Origin: Asticcacaulis sp.
Lineage (GTDB): Bacteria; Pseudomonadota; Alphaproteobacteria; Caulobacterales; Caulobacteraceae
Direction of reading: 5' to 3'
Length of the DNA stretch: 42,421 nt
Assembly: GCA_047605065.1 (NCBI GenBank)
Contig: JASGGL010000001.1
Location: forward strand, 1 to 42,421
Part shown: piece by piece, positions 1 through 8,965 of the stretch
Position numbering within the stretch: position 1 is the stretch's first letter
Layout of the letters: the number at the start of each line of letters is the position of its first letter
Notes under the pieces: model-generated
The model's input: the letters and a program-made list of their open reading frames with translations, nothing else
What the model was told of the DNA's origin: nothing
Database searches by the model: none
Program-made: the position numbers and the translations under genes

Positions 1-498
1 GCCGAAGCCAATGTCGCGGCCATCGAGCGCAATATCGAAGCGAAACGTCAGGCGGCGCGCACAGACCAGTTGGCAGCGGCTCAGGCACAGGCCAGCGCCG
101 CCGGGGCCGATGCCGCGCAGGCGCAATGGCTGCTGGACGACCGGGCGGTGAAATCGAGGCTCAAGGGCCGGGTTGAACGAAGGTTGCGCGAAGCCGGCGA
201 ATTCGTCGCGGCGGGCGCGCCGGTCCTCAGCGTCTACCCCAAAGGGCGTGAATTCGTGCGCTTCTATGTCCCGCAGGACGAACTGGCGCGGCTTAAGGTC
301 GGACAGACGATCAGGCTGAGCTGCGACGGTTGTACGGCCCAGACGGCGACCATTCGCTACGTTGCCTCAGAGGCCGAATTTACGCCGCCGGTCATCTATT
401 CGGTGCGCGAGCGTCAGAAGCTGGTCTTCCTGATCGAGGCCGTACCGCAAAAGCCCGAAGCGCTGAAGGCCGGACAGCCGGTGGATGTGGCGCTGTGA
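1..498 (+). CDS. HlyD-family efflux periplasmic adaptor, 5'-truncated by the window edge
   Basis: Frame 1 is open from base 1 to TGA 498. It has an Ala/Gln coiled coil, GEFVAAGAPV and the AEFTPPVIYS..RQKLVF motif of YbhG-type adaptors, and lies upstream of an ABC ATPase. Confidence 0.88.
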   Translation, partial: AEANVAAIERNIEAKRQAARTDQLAAAQAQASAAGADAAQAQWLLDDRAVKSRLKGRVERRLREAGEFVAAGAPVLSVYPKGREFVRFYVPQDELARLKVGQTIRLSCDGCTAQTATIRYVASEAEFTPPVIYSVRERQKLVFLIEAVPQKPEALKAGQPVDVAL

Positions 499-1412
499 CC
501 GACCTCGCCATCGATGTGACGGGACTGACGAAGCGGTTCGGCAACCGCACGGCGGTCGACAATGTCGCCATCAGGATGCCAAGGGGGCAGGTCTGGGGCT
601 TTCTGGGGCCGAACGGTTCCGGCAAGACGACGACCATCCGCATGCTGTGCGGTCTGCTGCGCCCGGATGCCGGAAGCGGGACCTGCCTCGGTTACGACAT
701 TCAGGCCCAGAGCCGCGAGATCAAGCGGCAGGTCGGCTACATGACCCAGAAGTTCTCCTTCTGGGAAGACCTGTCGATCCGTGAAAATCTGGAGTTCGTC
801 GCCAGACTCTATGAATTGAATAATATCCGTCAGGTGATCGACCGGACGCTGGACACGCTGGGGCTGGCGACGCGCCAGACGCAACTGGCCGGGACGCTGT
901 CCGGTGGCTGGAAGCAGAGGCTGGCTCTGGCCGCCTGTACGCTCCACGATCCGGCCATGCTGCTGCTGGATGAGCCGACCGCCGGGGTGGACCCGCAGGC
1001 GCGTCGCGACTTCTGGGATCAGATTCACCGTTTGGCCGGAGAGGGGCTGACCGTGCTTGTTTCCACCCACTATATGGACGAAGCCGAACGCTGCGATGAA
1101 ATCGTCTATATCGCTTACGGCAAGCTGATGACGCAGGGACCGGTTCAGCGGATCATCGACAATAGTGGACTGAATACCTGGGTCGCCGAAGGGGCGGGGG
1201 TCCGGGCCATGGCCGATCGCCTTCGCGGGCGCGACGGGGCGGAACACGTCGCCTATTTCGGTTCGGCCCTGCATGTGTCCGGAGGGGATGCCGCGAAACT
1301 GGACGCGCTGATCGCCTCCGAACAGGACGACGGGGCGGTCTGGCGGCGCGAGCGGCCCAGCCTTGAAGACGTCTTCATTCACCTGATGTCGCAGGCGGAG
1401 GACAAGTCGTGA
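495..1412 (+). CDS. ABC transporter ATP-binding protein (ABC-2/multidrug type)
   Basis: Walker A GPNGSGKTT, signature LSGGW, Walker B LLLDEPT, H-loop STH. GTG 495 overlaps the upstream TGA. Confidence 0.95.
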   Translation: MTDLAIDVTGLTKRFGNRTAVDNVAIRMPRGQVWGFLGPNGSGKTTTIRMLCGLLRPDAGSGTCLGYDIQAQSREIKRQVGYMTQKFSFWEDLSIRENLEFVARLYELNNIRQVIDRTLDTLGLATRQTQLAGTLSGGWKQRLALAACTLHDPAMLLLDEPTAGVDPQARRDFWDQIHRLAGEGLTVLVSTHYMDEAERCDEIVYIAYGKLMTQGPVQRIIDNSGLNTWVAEGAGVRAMADRLRGRDGAEHVAYFGSALHVSGGDAAKLDALIASEQDDGAVWRRERPSLEDVFIHLMSQAEDKS

Positions 1413-1504
1413 TATCATATCTGCCGATTTTATCTCCGCCTGCGCAGGTTTGCGTCTGCGCGTCTCCATGCGGAGACGACGCGGGGGCGGAGGACCGGTC
1501 ATGA
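1409..1504 (+). CDS. Candidate 31-aa bridging peptide MISYLPILSPPAQVCVCASPCGDDAGAEDRS
   Basis: GTG overlaps the ATPase stop (GTGA), GGAGG lies 7 nt upstream, and its TGA overlaps the permease ATG (ATGA). No homology evidence. Confidence 0.3.
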   Translation: MISYLPILSPPAQVCVCASPCGDDAGAEDRS

Positions 1505-2631
1505 TCGCTCCGCTGAAGCGCATACTGGCCATACTGGTCAAGGAATTCATCCAGATGCGGCGCGACCGTATGACCTTCGGCATGATGATCATGGTGCCGG
1601 TCATTCAACTGGCCCTGTTCGGGTTCGCCATCAATTCCGATCCGCGCCATCTGCCCACCGTCATCTCTCTTGAGGAGACGAGCCCGGTCATCCGTTCGAT
1701 CATCTCAGGCATGGACCGGTCGAGCTATTTCGATATCCGCGCGCAGGTCAGCGATCCGGCGCAGGCCGACCGTATGCTGGAAAACGGCGAGGTGGCCTTT
1801 GTGCTTGAGGTGCCGTCGGGCTTCACTCGTGACCTTATGCGCGGAGATCGTCCGCAATTGCTTTTGTCGGCGGACGCTTCGGACCCGTCGGCCTCATCCG
1901 GCGCGGTGGCGCAGATGAATGAGATCGTGCGGCGGGCGCTGGCGCGTGACCTGACCGGAAGCTGGTCGGGGTTGCAGGCGACGCCTTCACCGGTCGAGGT
2001 GGTCGTGCATCGCCGCTATAACCCCGAAGGTGTCACCCAGTATAATATCGTGCCGGGGCTTCTGGGGGTTATCCTGACCATGACGATGATCATGATCACC
2101 GCCATGGCGATGACGCGCGAGCGTGAGCGCGGCACGCTGGAGAATCTGCTGGCCATGCCCGCGCGCCCATGGGAGGTGATGGTGGGTAAAATCACCCCCT
2201 ATGTCGGTGTCGGGATCATTCAGACCGGTATAGTGTTGCTGGCCGCCGTTTTTATTTTCAACGTACCGTTTTTAGGCTCGCCCTGGCTGATGGCGTTGTG
2301 CGTCGGCTTGTTCATCATCGCCAATCTGGCGGTGGGGTTTACCTTCTCGACCATCGCCCGCACCCAGATGCAGGCCATGCAGATGACCTTCTTCTTTTTC
2401 CTGCCGTCGATGATGCTGTCGGGTTTTATGTTTCCATTCAGAGGGATGCCGGAATGGGCGCAATGGCTGGGCTCGGCGTTTCCGCTGACGCACTTCCTGA
2501 GGGCCGTGCGCGGCATCATGCTCAAGGGGGCAGATGCTTCGGCGCTGTGGCACAATATATGGCCGCTGCTGCTGTTTATCGCGGTCGCCAGCACGGTCGC
2601 AATGAAGCGGTATCGTATTACTATAGACTGA
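1501..2631 (+). CDS. ABC-2 type transporter permease (YbhR/YbhS-like)
   Basis: KEFIQMRRD, RERERGTLENLL and LSGFMFPF..MP motifs, multiple TM helices, GGAGG upstream of ATG 1501. Confidence 0.93.
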   Translation: MIAPLKRILAILVKEFIQMRRDRMTFGMMIMVPVIQLALFGFAINSDPRHLPTVISLEETSPVIRSIISGMDRSSYFDIRAQVSDPAQADRMLENGEVAFVLEVPSGFTRDLMRGDRPQLLLSADASDPSASSGAVAQMNEIVRRALARDLTGSWSGLQATPSPVEVVVHRRYNPEGVTQYNIVPGLLGVILTMTMIMITAMAMTRERERGTLENLLAMPARPWEVMVGKITPYVGVGIIQTGIVLLAAVFIFNVPFLGSPWLMALCVGLFIIANLAVGFTFSTIARTQMQAMQMTFFFFLPSMMLSGFMFPFRGMPEWAQWLGSAFPLTHFLRAVRGIMLKGADASALWHNIWPLLLFIAVASTVAMKRYRITID

Positions 2632-2656
2632 TGACATTGCAATTTTTCCGGAAAAA

Positions 2657-2671
2657 TTAACTCAAATTAAC
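2657..2671 (+). promoter_or_regulatory. CtrA-like site (TTAA-N6-TTAAC, one base shorter than consensus) upstream of the chemoreceptor
   Basis: Sequence ttaa ctcaaa ttaac, with a GANTC site at 2713. Confidence 0.45.
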
Positions 2672-2722
2672 CCTATGGCGGATATTCAGGGAACGGGGTT
2701 TTATCAATAAAAGAGTCTGACA

Positions 2723-4336
2723 ATGAAGGTTCCGGGCATTAAGCCGCTGCGCGACGGGGTGATCGCGGGCGTGCTGGTTTTTGGTGTGGCGTTCGTCGCG
2801 GCCGTGGCGGTGTATGTAACGGCTCAGCAGGGCATGAAGTCCGAAATTCGCGAAAATCTGGCGGGACTTTCCAGTCAGGCGTCGGCCATGCTGGATGTCG
2901 GGACGCTGACGCAGTTTTCGGCTGAGACCGATAAGGCCAGTGCGGAATATCAGTCGGTGGCGACGTCGTTTCAGAAGCTGGTCGATGCCGACAGGCGTCT
3001 GGCCTACATCTACGCCATGGTCGAACGCGAAGGAAAAATCTACTTCGTCATGGACGTTCAGCCCGCGGGCAGCGCGGGTGAACCGTCGACGGTGATGGAG
3101 GAATATGCCGAAGCCTCGCCTGCGCTGAAAAAAGCCTTCGCTGAGCAAAATGGCGCGACCGAAAGCGAGCCGGTAACCGACAAATGGGGCACCTTCCTGT
3201 CCGGCTATGCGCCGTTCAACGACGCGTCGGGGCAGTTTGCCGGCATAATGGGCGTCGATATTACGCTCAAGGAATATCAGGCCAGCCTGAACCGGGTGCG
3301 TATGGCCCTGCTGATCGGGCTGGGTCTGGCGGCCATGTGCGCGGCCGGTGTCGGCGTTGGCGTCTATGGCGTGCGCCGCTCCATGGCGCGTGCGCGTCGT
3401 GAGGCCGAGGCCCAGTCGGCGCGTATCGCCGAGATGGAGCGCCAGCGTCAGGAAGACGAAGCCCATGAAGCCGCCCGCGCGGGTGAGGCGCGTCGCACCA
3501 TGATGAACGGTCTGGCCGACGAACTGGAACGCTCGGTGACCTCGGTCGTCAGCGAAGTGGTGTCGGCAACGGCGCTTCTGAGAGGCGAGGCCGACAGCGT
3601 GACCACTATTGCGCAGGACACCAAGGAACGCACGCACCGCGTCTCGGGCATTTCCCAGAGTGCAGCGTCGAATTCGGCGCAGGTGGCCGCCGCTGCCGAG
3701 GAACTGAGCGCGTCGATCAAAGCAATCCGCGAACAGGCCGAACACGCCGCCGAGGTGGTGCGCTCAGCGTCCGACAAGGGCGATGCCGCCAAATCGGTCA
3801 TCGAACGCCTGAGCGTATCTTCGGGCCGCATCGGCGAAGTGGTCGGCCTGATCAACGATATCGCCGGTCAGATCAATCTTCTGGCGCTCAATGCCACGAT
3901 CGAGGCGGCGCGCGCCGGCGATGCGGGTAAGGGCTTCGCTGTCGTGGCCTCCGAGGTTAAGGCCCTGTCCAATCAGGTATCGAAGGCGCTGGGCGATATT
4001 TCGGCGCTGGTGGCGGCTATTCAGTCGGAGACGCAACTGTCGGTCGGCGCGATGAACGATATGCTGGCGACCGTCGCGGAAATCGAAACGGGGACGGCGG
4101 TGATCACCGAGGCCGTTCGTCAGCAGTCGCAGGTGACGTCTGAGATTTCGCACACCATCCACGCCACGGCGACGGGGGCGCGCGAAATCGCCGACAATAT
4201 GCAAAGCGTCACCGATTCGGCGGAAAATACCGGCCTGACGGCGCGCAAGGTCGCAGGCGCCAGCGAAGCCCTGCAGGGCCGCGCGCACGAACTGGGTGAA
4301 AAGGTCGACGGTTTCCTGCGCCAGATTCGCGCCTGA
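2723..4336 (+). CDS. Methyl-accepting chemotaxis protein
   Basis: Two TM helices flank a periplasmic Cache/PDC-like domain. Signalling hairpin [34 protein letters not shown]. Confidence 0.95.
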   Translation: MKVPGIKPLRDGVIAGVLVFGVAFVAAVAVYVTAQQGMKSEIRENLAGLSSQASAMLDVGTLTQFSAETDKASAEYQSVATSFQKLVDADRRLAYIYAMVEREGKIYFVMDVQPAGSAGEPSTVMEEYAEASPALKKAFAEQNGATESEPVTDKWGTFLSGYAPFNDASGQFAGIMGVDITLKEYQASLNRVRMALLIGLGLAAMCAAGVGVGVYGVRRSMARARREAEAQSARIAEMERQRQEDEAHEAARAGEARRTMMNGLADELERSVTSVVSEVVSATALLRGEADSVTTIAQDTKERTHRVSGISQSAASNSAQVAAAAEELSASIKAIREQAEHAAEVVRSASDKGDAAKSVIERLSVSSGRIGEVVGLINDIAGQINLLALNATIEAARAGDAGKGFAVVASEVKALSNQVSKALGDISALVAAIQSETQLSVGAMNDMLATVAEIETGTAVITEAVRQQSQVTSEISHTIHATATGAREIADNMQSVTDSAENTGLTARKVAGASEALQGRAHELGEKVDGFLRQIRA

Positions 4337-4357
4337 GCCGTTGTTCGTAAGAGCTGT

Positions 4358-4388
4358 AATGGCGGGGAGGCGATCTCTCCGCCATTTT
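4358..4388 (+). terminator. Rho-independent terminator after the MCP gene
   Basis: Hairpin AATGGCGGGGAG-loop-CTCTCCGCCATT followed by T residues. Confidence 0.65.
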
Positions 4389-4458
4389 ACCTTTGAGATT
4401 TGACGCCAAAAGTGCCAAAGAAGGCCGCGTAAAAGACGATGTCCAAGGTGAAGCGCGT

Positions 4459-5088
4459 ATGACGGGCGAACAAGTCAATCCGATTCCGAACCTTCTGACC
4501 GGGGTGCGTCTGGTCGCTGGCATGATCATGTTCATGCTGATGGCGATTTCGGGCGACGCGATTCCGCTGGTCTCGGTCCTGCCGGACATGATTTTCGATC
4601 TTCAGCGCTGGGCCTTCTATCTGTTCGTTCTGGCGGCGGCGACCGACTTCTTCGACGGTTATTTCGCCCGCAAACTCAACGCCGTATCGAAGTGGGGGTC
4701 GATCCTCGACCCCATCGCGGACAAGATTCTGGTCTGCGGTACCATCCTTGGCCTGTTCGCCATGCACAAGGGCGACCCGATCTTTGTCCTGCCCGGCGCG
4801 ATCATTCTGTTCCGTGAATTCGCCGTGTCGTCGCTGCGTGAAGCCACGGCCGAGCGCGGCCTGTCTCTGCCGGTCACGCTTCTGTCGAAGTGGAAGACGA
4901 CGCTTCAGATGGTGTCGCTGGGGGCGCTTCTGCTGACCGAAAGCTGGGCGGCGTTCAAGCTGACGGACATTCTGCCGCTCTGGTACGATCCGTTCTTCAT
5001 CACCGCCTACGCAGCCTTCTGGCTGGCGGCGCTGGCGTCGGTCTGGACCGGCGTCACCTACTTCTACCAGACCAAGCATCAGCTTTAG
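4459..5088 (+). CDS. pgsA: CDP-diacylglycerol--glycerol-3-phosphate 3-phosphatidyltransferase
   Basis: IPNLLT, the CDP-alcohol motif TDFFDGYFAR..GSILDPIADK, REFAVSSLRE and KWKTTLQM. Confidence 0.88.
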   Translation: MTGEQVNPIPNLLTGVRLVAGMIMFMLMAISGDAIPLVSVLPDMIFDLQRWAFYLFVLAAATDFFDGYFARKLNAVSKWGSILDPIADKILVCGTILGLFAMHKGDPIFVLPGAIILFREFAVSSLREATAERGLSLPVTLLSKWKTTLQMVSLGALLLTESWAAFKLTDILPLWYDPFFITAYAAFWLAALASVWTGVTYFYQTKHQL

Positions 5089-5139
5089 GGGCTAAGGTTG
5101 CGTGCGTGTGCGAAAAAGTTAACGCGCTAACCGTAATTC

Positions 5140-5158
5140 CAAACGCTTCGTTAACCAT
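5140..5158 (+). promoter_or_regulatory. CtrA-type class II flagellar promoter element of fliL
   Basis: CAAA-N7-TTAACCAT upstream of fliL, with an extra TTAAC half-site at 5119. Confidence 0.65.
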
Positions 5159-5207
5159 GTTTTGAGAGGGTGGACCCCTCTTATGCAGTCGTGGTGTCGG
5201 GCGGGTA

Positions 5208-5867
5208 ATGGCCAAGAAAGAAAAACCCAAAAAAGAAGATGCAGCGCCGGTTGATGGCGCTGAGGGTGCAGAAGGCGAAGCCCCTAAGAAGAAAGGCCCG
5301 CCTATTCTGATTATCGCTATTGCCGGCGGCGTCCTGTTGCTGGGCGGCGGCGGTGCGGCGGCCTATTTCCTTTTGCTGGCCCCTAAGCCTGCCGCCGAAG
5401 CCGGTGCGCATGGCGAAGAGGCTGCGGGCGGCCATGGCGAGGAAAAGAAAAAGGACGACGGCCACGGCAAGAAGAAGGAAGAAAAGGGCGGTGGCGGTCA
5501 CGGCGGTGGCGGTGAGAAGGTCGACCCGAAGACCCAGCCGGTCATCGCCGAAGGGCCGGATGGCATCACCTACTTCACCCTTCCGGACACGCTGGCCAAT
5601 ATCCAGTCGACGACGGGCAAGTCGACCTATCTCAAGCTGAAGCTGACTTTTGAGGTGGCCGATCACGATACGGTGGAATTGCTTCAGGAAAGCCTTCCGC
5701 GAATCGACGACGTGCTGCAAGGGTTTCTGAGAGAACTGCGGCCAGAGGACGTGGCGGGGTCTCAGGGGAATTATCAGTTGCGCCTTGAAATTCTGCGCCG
5801 GGTCAATCTGGTCATTGCGCCGAACAAGATCAATGCGGTGCTGATCGAGGAAATGCTGATCACCTGA
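5208..5867 (+). CDS. fliL: Flagellar basal body-associated protein FliL
   Basis: N-terminal TM with GGGGAAAYF, a His/Gly-rich linker and a C-terminal YLKLKLTFE..PRI.D..FLREL domain. Directly upstream of fliM. Confidence 0.93.
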   Translation: MAKKEKPKKEDAAPVDGAEGAEGEAPKKKGPPILIIAIAGGVLLLGGGGAAAYFLLLAPKPAAEAGAHGEEAAGGHGEEKKKDDGHGKKKEEKGGGGHGGGGEKVDPKTQPVIAEGPDGITYFTLPDTLANIQSTTGKSTYLKLKLTFEVADHDTVELLQESLPRIDDVLQGFLRELRPEDVAGSQGNYQLRLEILRRVNLVIAPNKINAVLIEEMLIT

Positions 5868-5881
5868 CCGGCGTGGGTTTT

Positions 5882-5921
5882 GCCCGGTTTGCTTTAACGA
5901 AGCCCGGTTTGCTTTAACGAA
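5882..5921 (+). repeat. Perfect 20-bp tandem duplication GCCCGGTTTGCTTTAACGAA x2
   Basis: Read directly at 5882-5901 and 5902-5921. Confidence 0.95.
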
Positions 5922-5938
5922 GAGTGAGTGTTCGTCCC

Positions 5939-7108
5939 ATGGCGGATGTCGATCAGGAAGCCTTAATGGCCCAGTGGGAGGCCGAACTGGCGGCCGAAGC
6001 CGAAGCGGCTTCGGGCGGCGGTGGCGGCGGAGCTGCGGGGGCGGGCGATCTGGCGGCGGAATGGGAGGCCATGGTCGGCGGTCAGGGCGGCGACAGCCGT
6101 TTTGCCGCGCCCACCGGGGCCGAACGCATCCTCAATCAGGACGAAATCGACAGCCTTCTGGGCTTCGACCTCAGCGACGACGAATACAATGAGCGTTCGG
6201 GCATCCGGGCGATCATCAACTCGGCCATGGTGTCCTATGAACGCCTGCCGATGCTGGAAATCGTCTTCGACCGCCTTGTGCGCCTGATGACGACCTCCTT
6301 GCGTAACTTCACCTCCGATAACGTCGAAGTCTCGCTCGATAATATCTCGTCGATCCGCTTCGGGGATTACCTGAACTCGATCCCGCTGCCCGCGATTCTG
6401 GCGGTGTTCCGTGCTGAGGAACTGGACAATTACGGCCTGCTGACGGTCGATTCCAACCTGATCTATTCTATCGTGGACGTGCTTCTGGGCGGGCGGCGCG
6501 GCACGGCGGCGCTGCGCATCGAAGGCCGTCCCTACACCACGATCGAGCGCGTGCTGGTGCAGCGCATGGTCGAGGTGATTCTGCACGACGCCAAGATGGC
6601 CTTTGAGCCGCTGACGCCGGTCAATTTCAATCTGGACCGTCTGGAAACCAACCCGCGTTTCGCCGCCATCGCCCGACCGGCGAACGCCGCCATTCTGGTC
6701 AAGCTGCGTATCGACATGGAAGACCGCGGCGGCCGCGTCGAGTTGCTTCTGCCCTATGCGACGCTGGAACCGATCCGCAAAATGCTGCTTCAGCAGTTCA
6801 TGGGCGAGAAGTTCGGGCGCGACAATATCTGGGAAAGCCACCTGGCGACCGAGCTGTGGACCACGCAGATGGAGGTGCGCGCTGTGCTCGATGAGCAGCA
6901 GATGCCGCTGTCTCAGGTCTTGAACTTACAGGTCGGTGAGACCATCGTGCTCAATGCGACGGCTGATTCTCCCGTCCAGCTTCGCTGCGGCACGATTCCG
7001 CTGACGCAGGGCCGGATGGGGCGCAAGGGCCACAACATCGCCGTCCGGGTCGAACAGCCTCTGGCGGCCTCCACCAAAAGACGTCTAACCCAGCAGAGGA
7101 AGAAGTAG
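5939..7108 (+). CDS. fliM: Flagellar motor switch protein FliM
   Basis: CheY-binding motif ILNQDEIDSLL, ERLPMLEIVFDR and a C-terminal SpoA domain. Confidence 0.97.
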   Translation: MADVDQEALMAQWEAELAAEAEAASGGGGGGAAGAGDLAAEWEAMVGGQGGDSRFAAPTGAERILNQDEIDSLLGFDLSDDEYNERSGIRAIINSAMVSYERLPMLEIVFDRLVRLMTTSLRNFTSDNVEVSLDNISSIRFGDYLNSIPLPAILAVFRAEELDNYGLLTVDSNLIYSIVDVLLGGRRGTAALRIEGRPYTTIERVLVQRMVEVILHDAKMAFEPLTPVNFNLDRLETNPRFAAIARPANAAILVKLRIDMEDRGGRVELLLPYATLEPIRKMLLQQFMGEKFGRDNIWESHLATELWTTQMEVRAVLDEQQMPLSQVLNLQVGETIVLNATADSPVQLRCGTIPLTQGRMGRKGHNIAVRVEQPLAASTKRRLTQQRKK

Positions 7109-7114
7109 CCTGTC

Positions 7115-8017
7115 GTGCTGACGCCTGCCGCCGGTCTGATCATGGATATGGTGCTGATGGGGCTGCTTCTGGCGGCCCTGTGGTTCGGCATGCGCCTGAA
7201 TGCGCGCCTCAAGACCCTGAGGGGCGGGCAGGAGGCCTTTATCCGCGCCGTGGCCGAGCTGGATCAGGCGGCGATCAAGGCGCATACCTCCTTACGCGAA
7301 CTGCACGCCAATGCCGATGAAACGCAGGATCTGCTGCACGGGCGGATACTGGCGGCACGCGATCTGATGGGGAAGCTGGAAAGCCAGATCAACCGCGCAG
7401 AACGTCTTCGCCGTGAGCTGGATGCCGAGGTAACGCCAGTACTGACGCGCGTGGAACCCAGACCTGAACCTAGGCGCGAGCCTGAGCCTGAGCTGGAAAT
7501 CGAGAGGGCGCCTTCGCGGCCTCAGGCGCGTGAGGCGTGGGCTTCGGCACGTGATGCAGAGGCGCGTCAGACCTATGCCGGGCGGGGCCGCCCCGCCTAT
7601 GAGGAGGCCGTGGATGACGAAGATGACGACGGTCTGTCGCTGCCCTTGTCGCGTCGGGTGCGTGATCTGAACGATCGTCTGTCGGGTCGTGAGCGCCGTA
7701 GGATCGAACCTAAGTCAGCACCGATGCCTGAGCCGGAAACCGACGAAGATGTCAGCCTGCTGGGTCTGGAGGCGATCAATGAGATGCTGAAGGCCTTCGC
7801 CGATCCGCGCCAGACCCCGCCAAAGCCTGAGCCTCAGCCCGCGCCGCAACGGGCTTCGTCGGGCGATGATCGCCTGCTGGCGCGCCGTCGCCTGCCTTCG
7901 GCGCTGGATGCCGAGCTTTTTGAGGGTGATGCCGCGGCGGCATCGTCCAGACCGGAGCCGGGACCAGAGCCGGTTTCGCCTGCGCCGGACCGCCCGCTGT
8001 TTCGCCGGCTCCGTTAA
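7115..8017 (+). CDS. PflI-like flagellar positioning protein (N-terminal TM, coiled coil, long Pro/Glu/Arg-rich tail)
   Basis: Architecture and position directly after fliM match Caulobacter pflI as I recall it. Confidence 0.6.
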   Translation: MLTPAAGLIMDMVLMGLLLAALWFGMRLNARLKTLRGGQEAFIRAVAELDQAAIKAHTSLRELHANADETQDLLHGRILAARDLMGKLESQINRAERLRRELDAEVTPVLTRVEPRPEPRREPEPELEIERAPSRPQAREAWASARDAEARQTYAGRGRPAYEEAVDDEDDDGLSLPLSRRVRDLNDRLSGRERRRIEPKSAPMPEPETDEDVSLLGLEAINEMLKAFADPRQTPPKPEPQPAPQRASSGDDRLLARRRLPSALDAELFEGDAAAASSRPEPGPEPVSPAPDRPLFRRLR

Positions 8018-8039
8018 GTAAAGATTTTCCGAGAGTATA

Positions 8040-8867
8040 ATGGCCAATCACCTTCGCCTTCTGCCCCTGATCGCCGTTGCTGTCGGCGGCGTCATCGCCG
8101 TCCGCGCAGTGGGTTCGATCGAGGCCGTGCCTGCCTTCATGAAGTCGGCAACCGCCTGGGCGGAGGGCGCGGAAAAGAAGACGCCGGATAAGGCGAAGAC
8201 ACCGGCAGGTAAATCGGGCGAGAAGGCCGGCTCGGCGGACGACACGGCGGCGGAGGCGGCGGAATCCGCTGCGGCGGCAACCGGCGGCGGTGATGAGGCC
8301 CTTTCGATTCTGGACGCTGCCACGCCAGCGGCGGCACCCGCTCCGGTCTGCGCCACGTCCGTGGACGATCTGGCGCGTCAGGCCGGGATGTCGCCGTCGG
8401 AACTGAAGGTCATTCAAAGTCTGGCGCAGCGCCGTACGGAACTCGATGCCCGCGAAAAGCAGATCGGCACGCAGGAGCAACTGATCACGGCGGCTGAGGC
8501 CAAGCTGGATGGTCGCATCAAGCAGCTCACCGACCTCAAGACTCAGGTGCAGGCCCTGCTGGACGAAGCCAATAAGACCGGTGATCAGGACGTCGTCCGC
8601 ATGGTCAAGGTCTACGAATCGATGAAGCCGAAGGACGCGGCGCGGGTCTTTGAGACGCTCAAGGACGATGTGCGCCTGCCGATCGCCGGTAAGATGAAGG
8701 AGCGCAATCTGGCGGCCGTTCTGGCCCAGATGAGCCCGGACAAGGCCCGCGATCTGACCGAAAAGCTGTCGCAGCGCATGAAGAAGGCCGATGACCTCCA
8801 GAATCGTCTCGACAAGGTCAATGCCGCCGGGGCCGCTGCTCCCGCCCAGACGCCCGCGAAGAAGTAA
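8040..8867 (+). CDS. motE: MotE-family flagellar motility protein (MgtE-N-like C-terminus)
   Basis: RLLPLIAVA signal/TM, coiled coil and the VKVYESMKPKDAARVFE..LAQMSPDKARDLT motif. Confidence 0.75.
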   Translation: MANHLRLLPLIAVAVGGVIAVRAVGSIEAVPAFMKSATAWAEGAEKKTPDKAKTPAGKSGEKAGSADDTAAEAAESAAAATGGGDEALSILDAATPAAAPAPVCATSVDDLARQAGMSPSELKVIQSLAQRRTELDAREKQIGTQEQLITAAEAKLDGRIKQLTDLKTQVQALLDEANKTGDQDVVRMVKVYESMKPKDAARVFETLKDDVRLPIAGKMKERNLAAVLAQMSPDKARDLTEKLSQRMKKADDLQNRLDKVNAAGAAAPAQTPAKK

Positions 8868-8901
8868 GCCCGCGTCCCCATGCCGCTGCGTACAGGGTTT
8901 A

Positions 8902-8937
8902 TTAACGCCGGTTACCCGCCTTTTAACCATGCTTTAA
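8902..8937 (+). promoter_or_regulatory. Array of CtrA half-sites upstream of the TPR gene
   Basis: TTAA 8902, TTAC 8912, TTAAC 8923 and TTAA 8934, which includes a perfect TTAA-N7-TTAA at 8923-8937. GATTC nearby. Confidence 0.7.
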
Positions 8938-8965
8938 GGGCAATCGGGGCAAGGATTCGAGCGTA

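Noticed and set aside
5882-5921. Possible CRISPR repeat
   Set aside because: Only two adjacent copies, no spacers and no cas genes.
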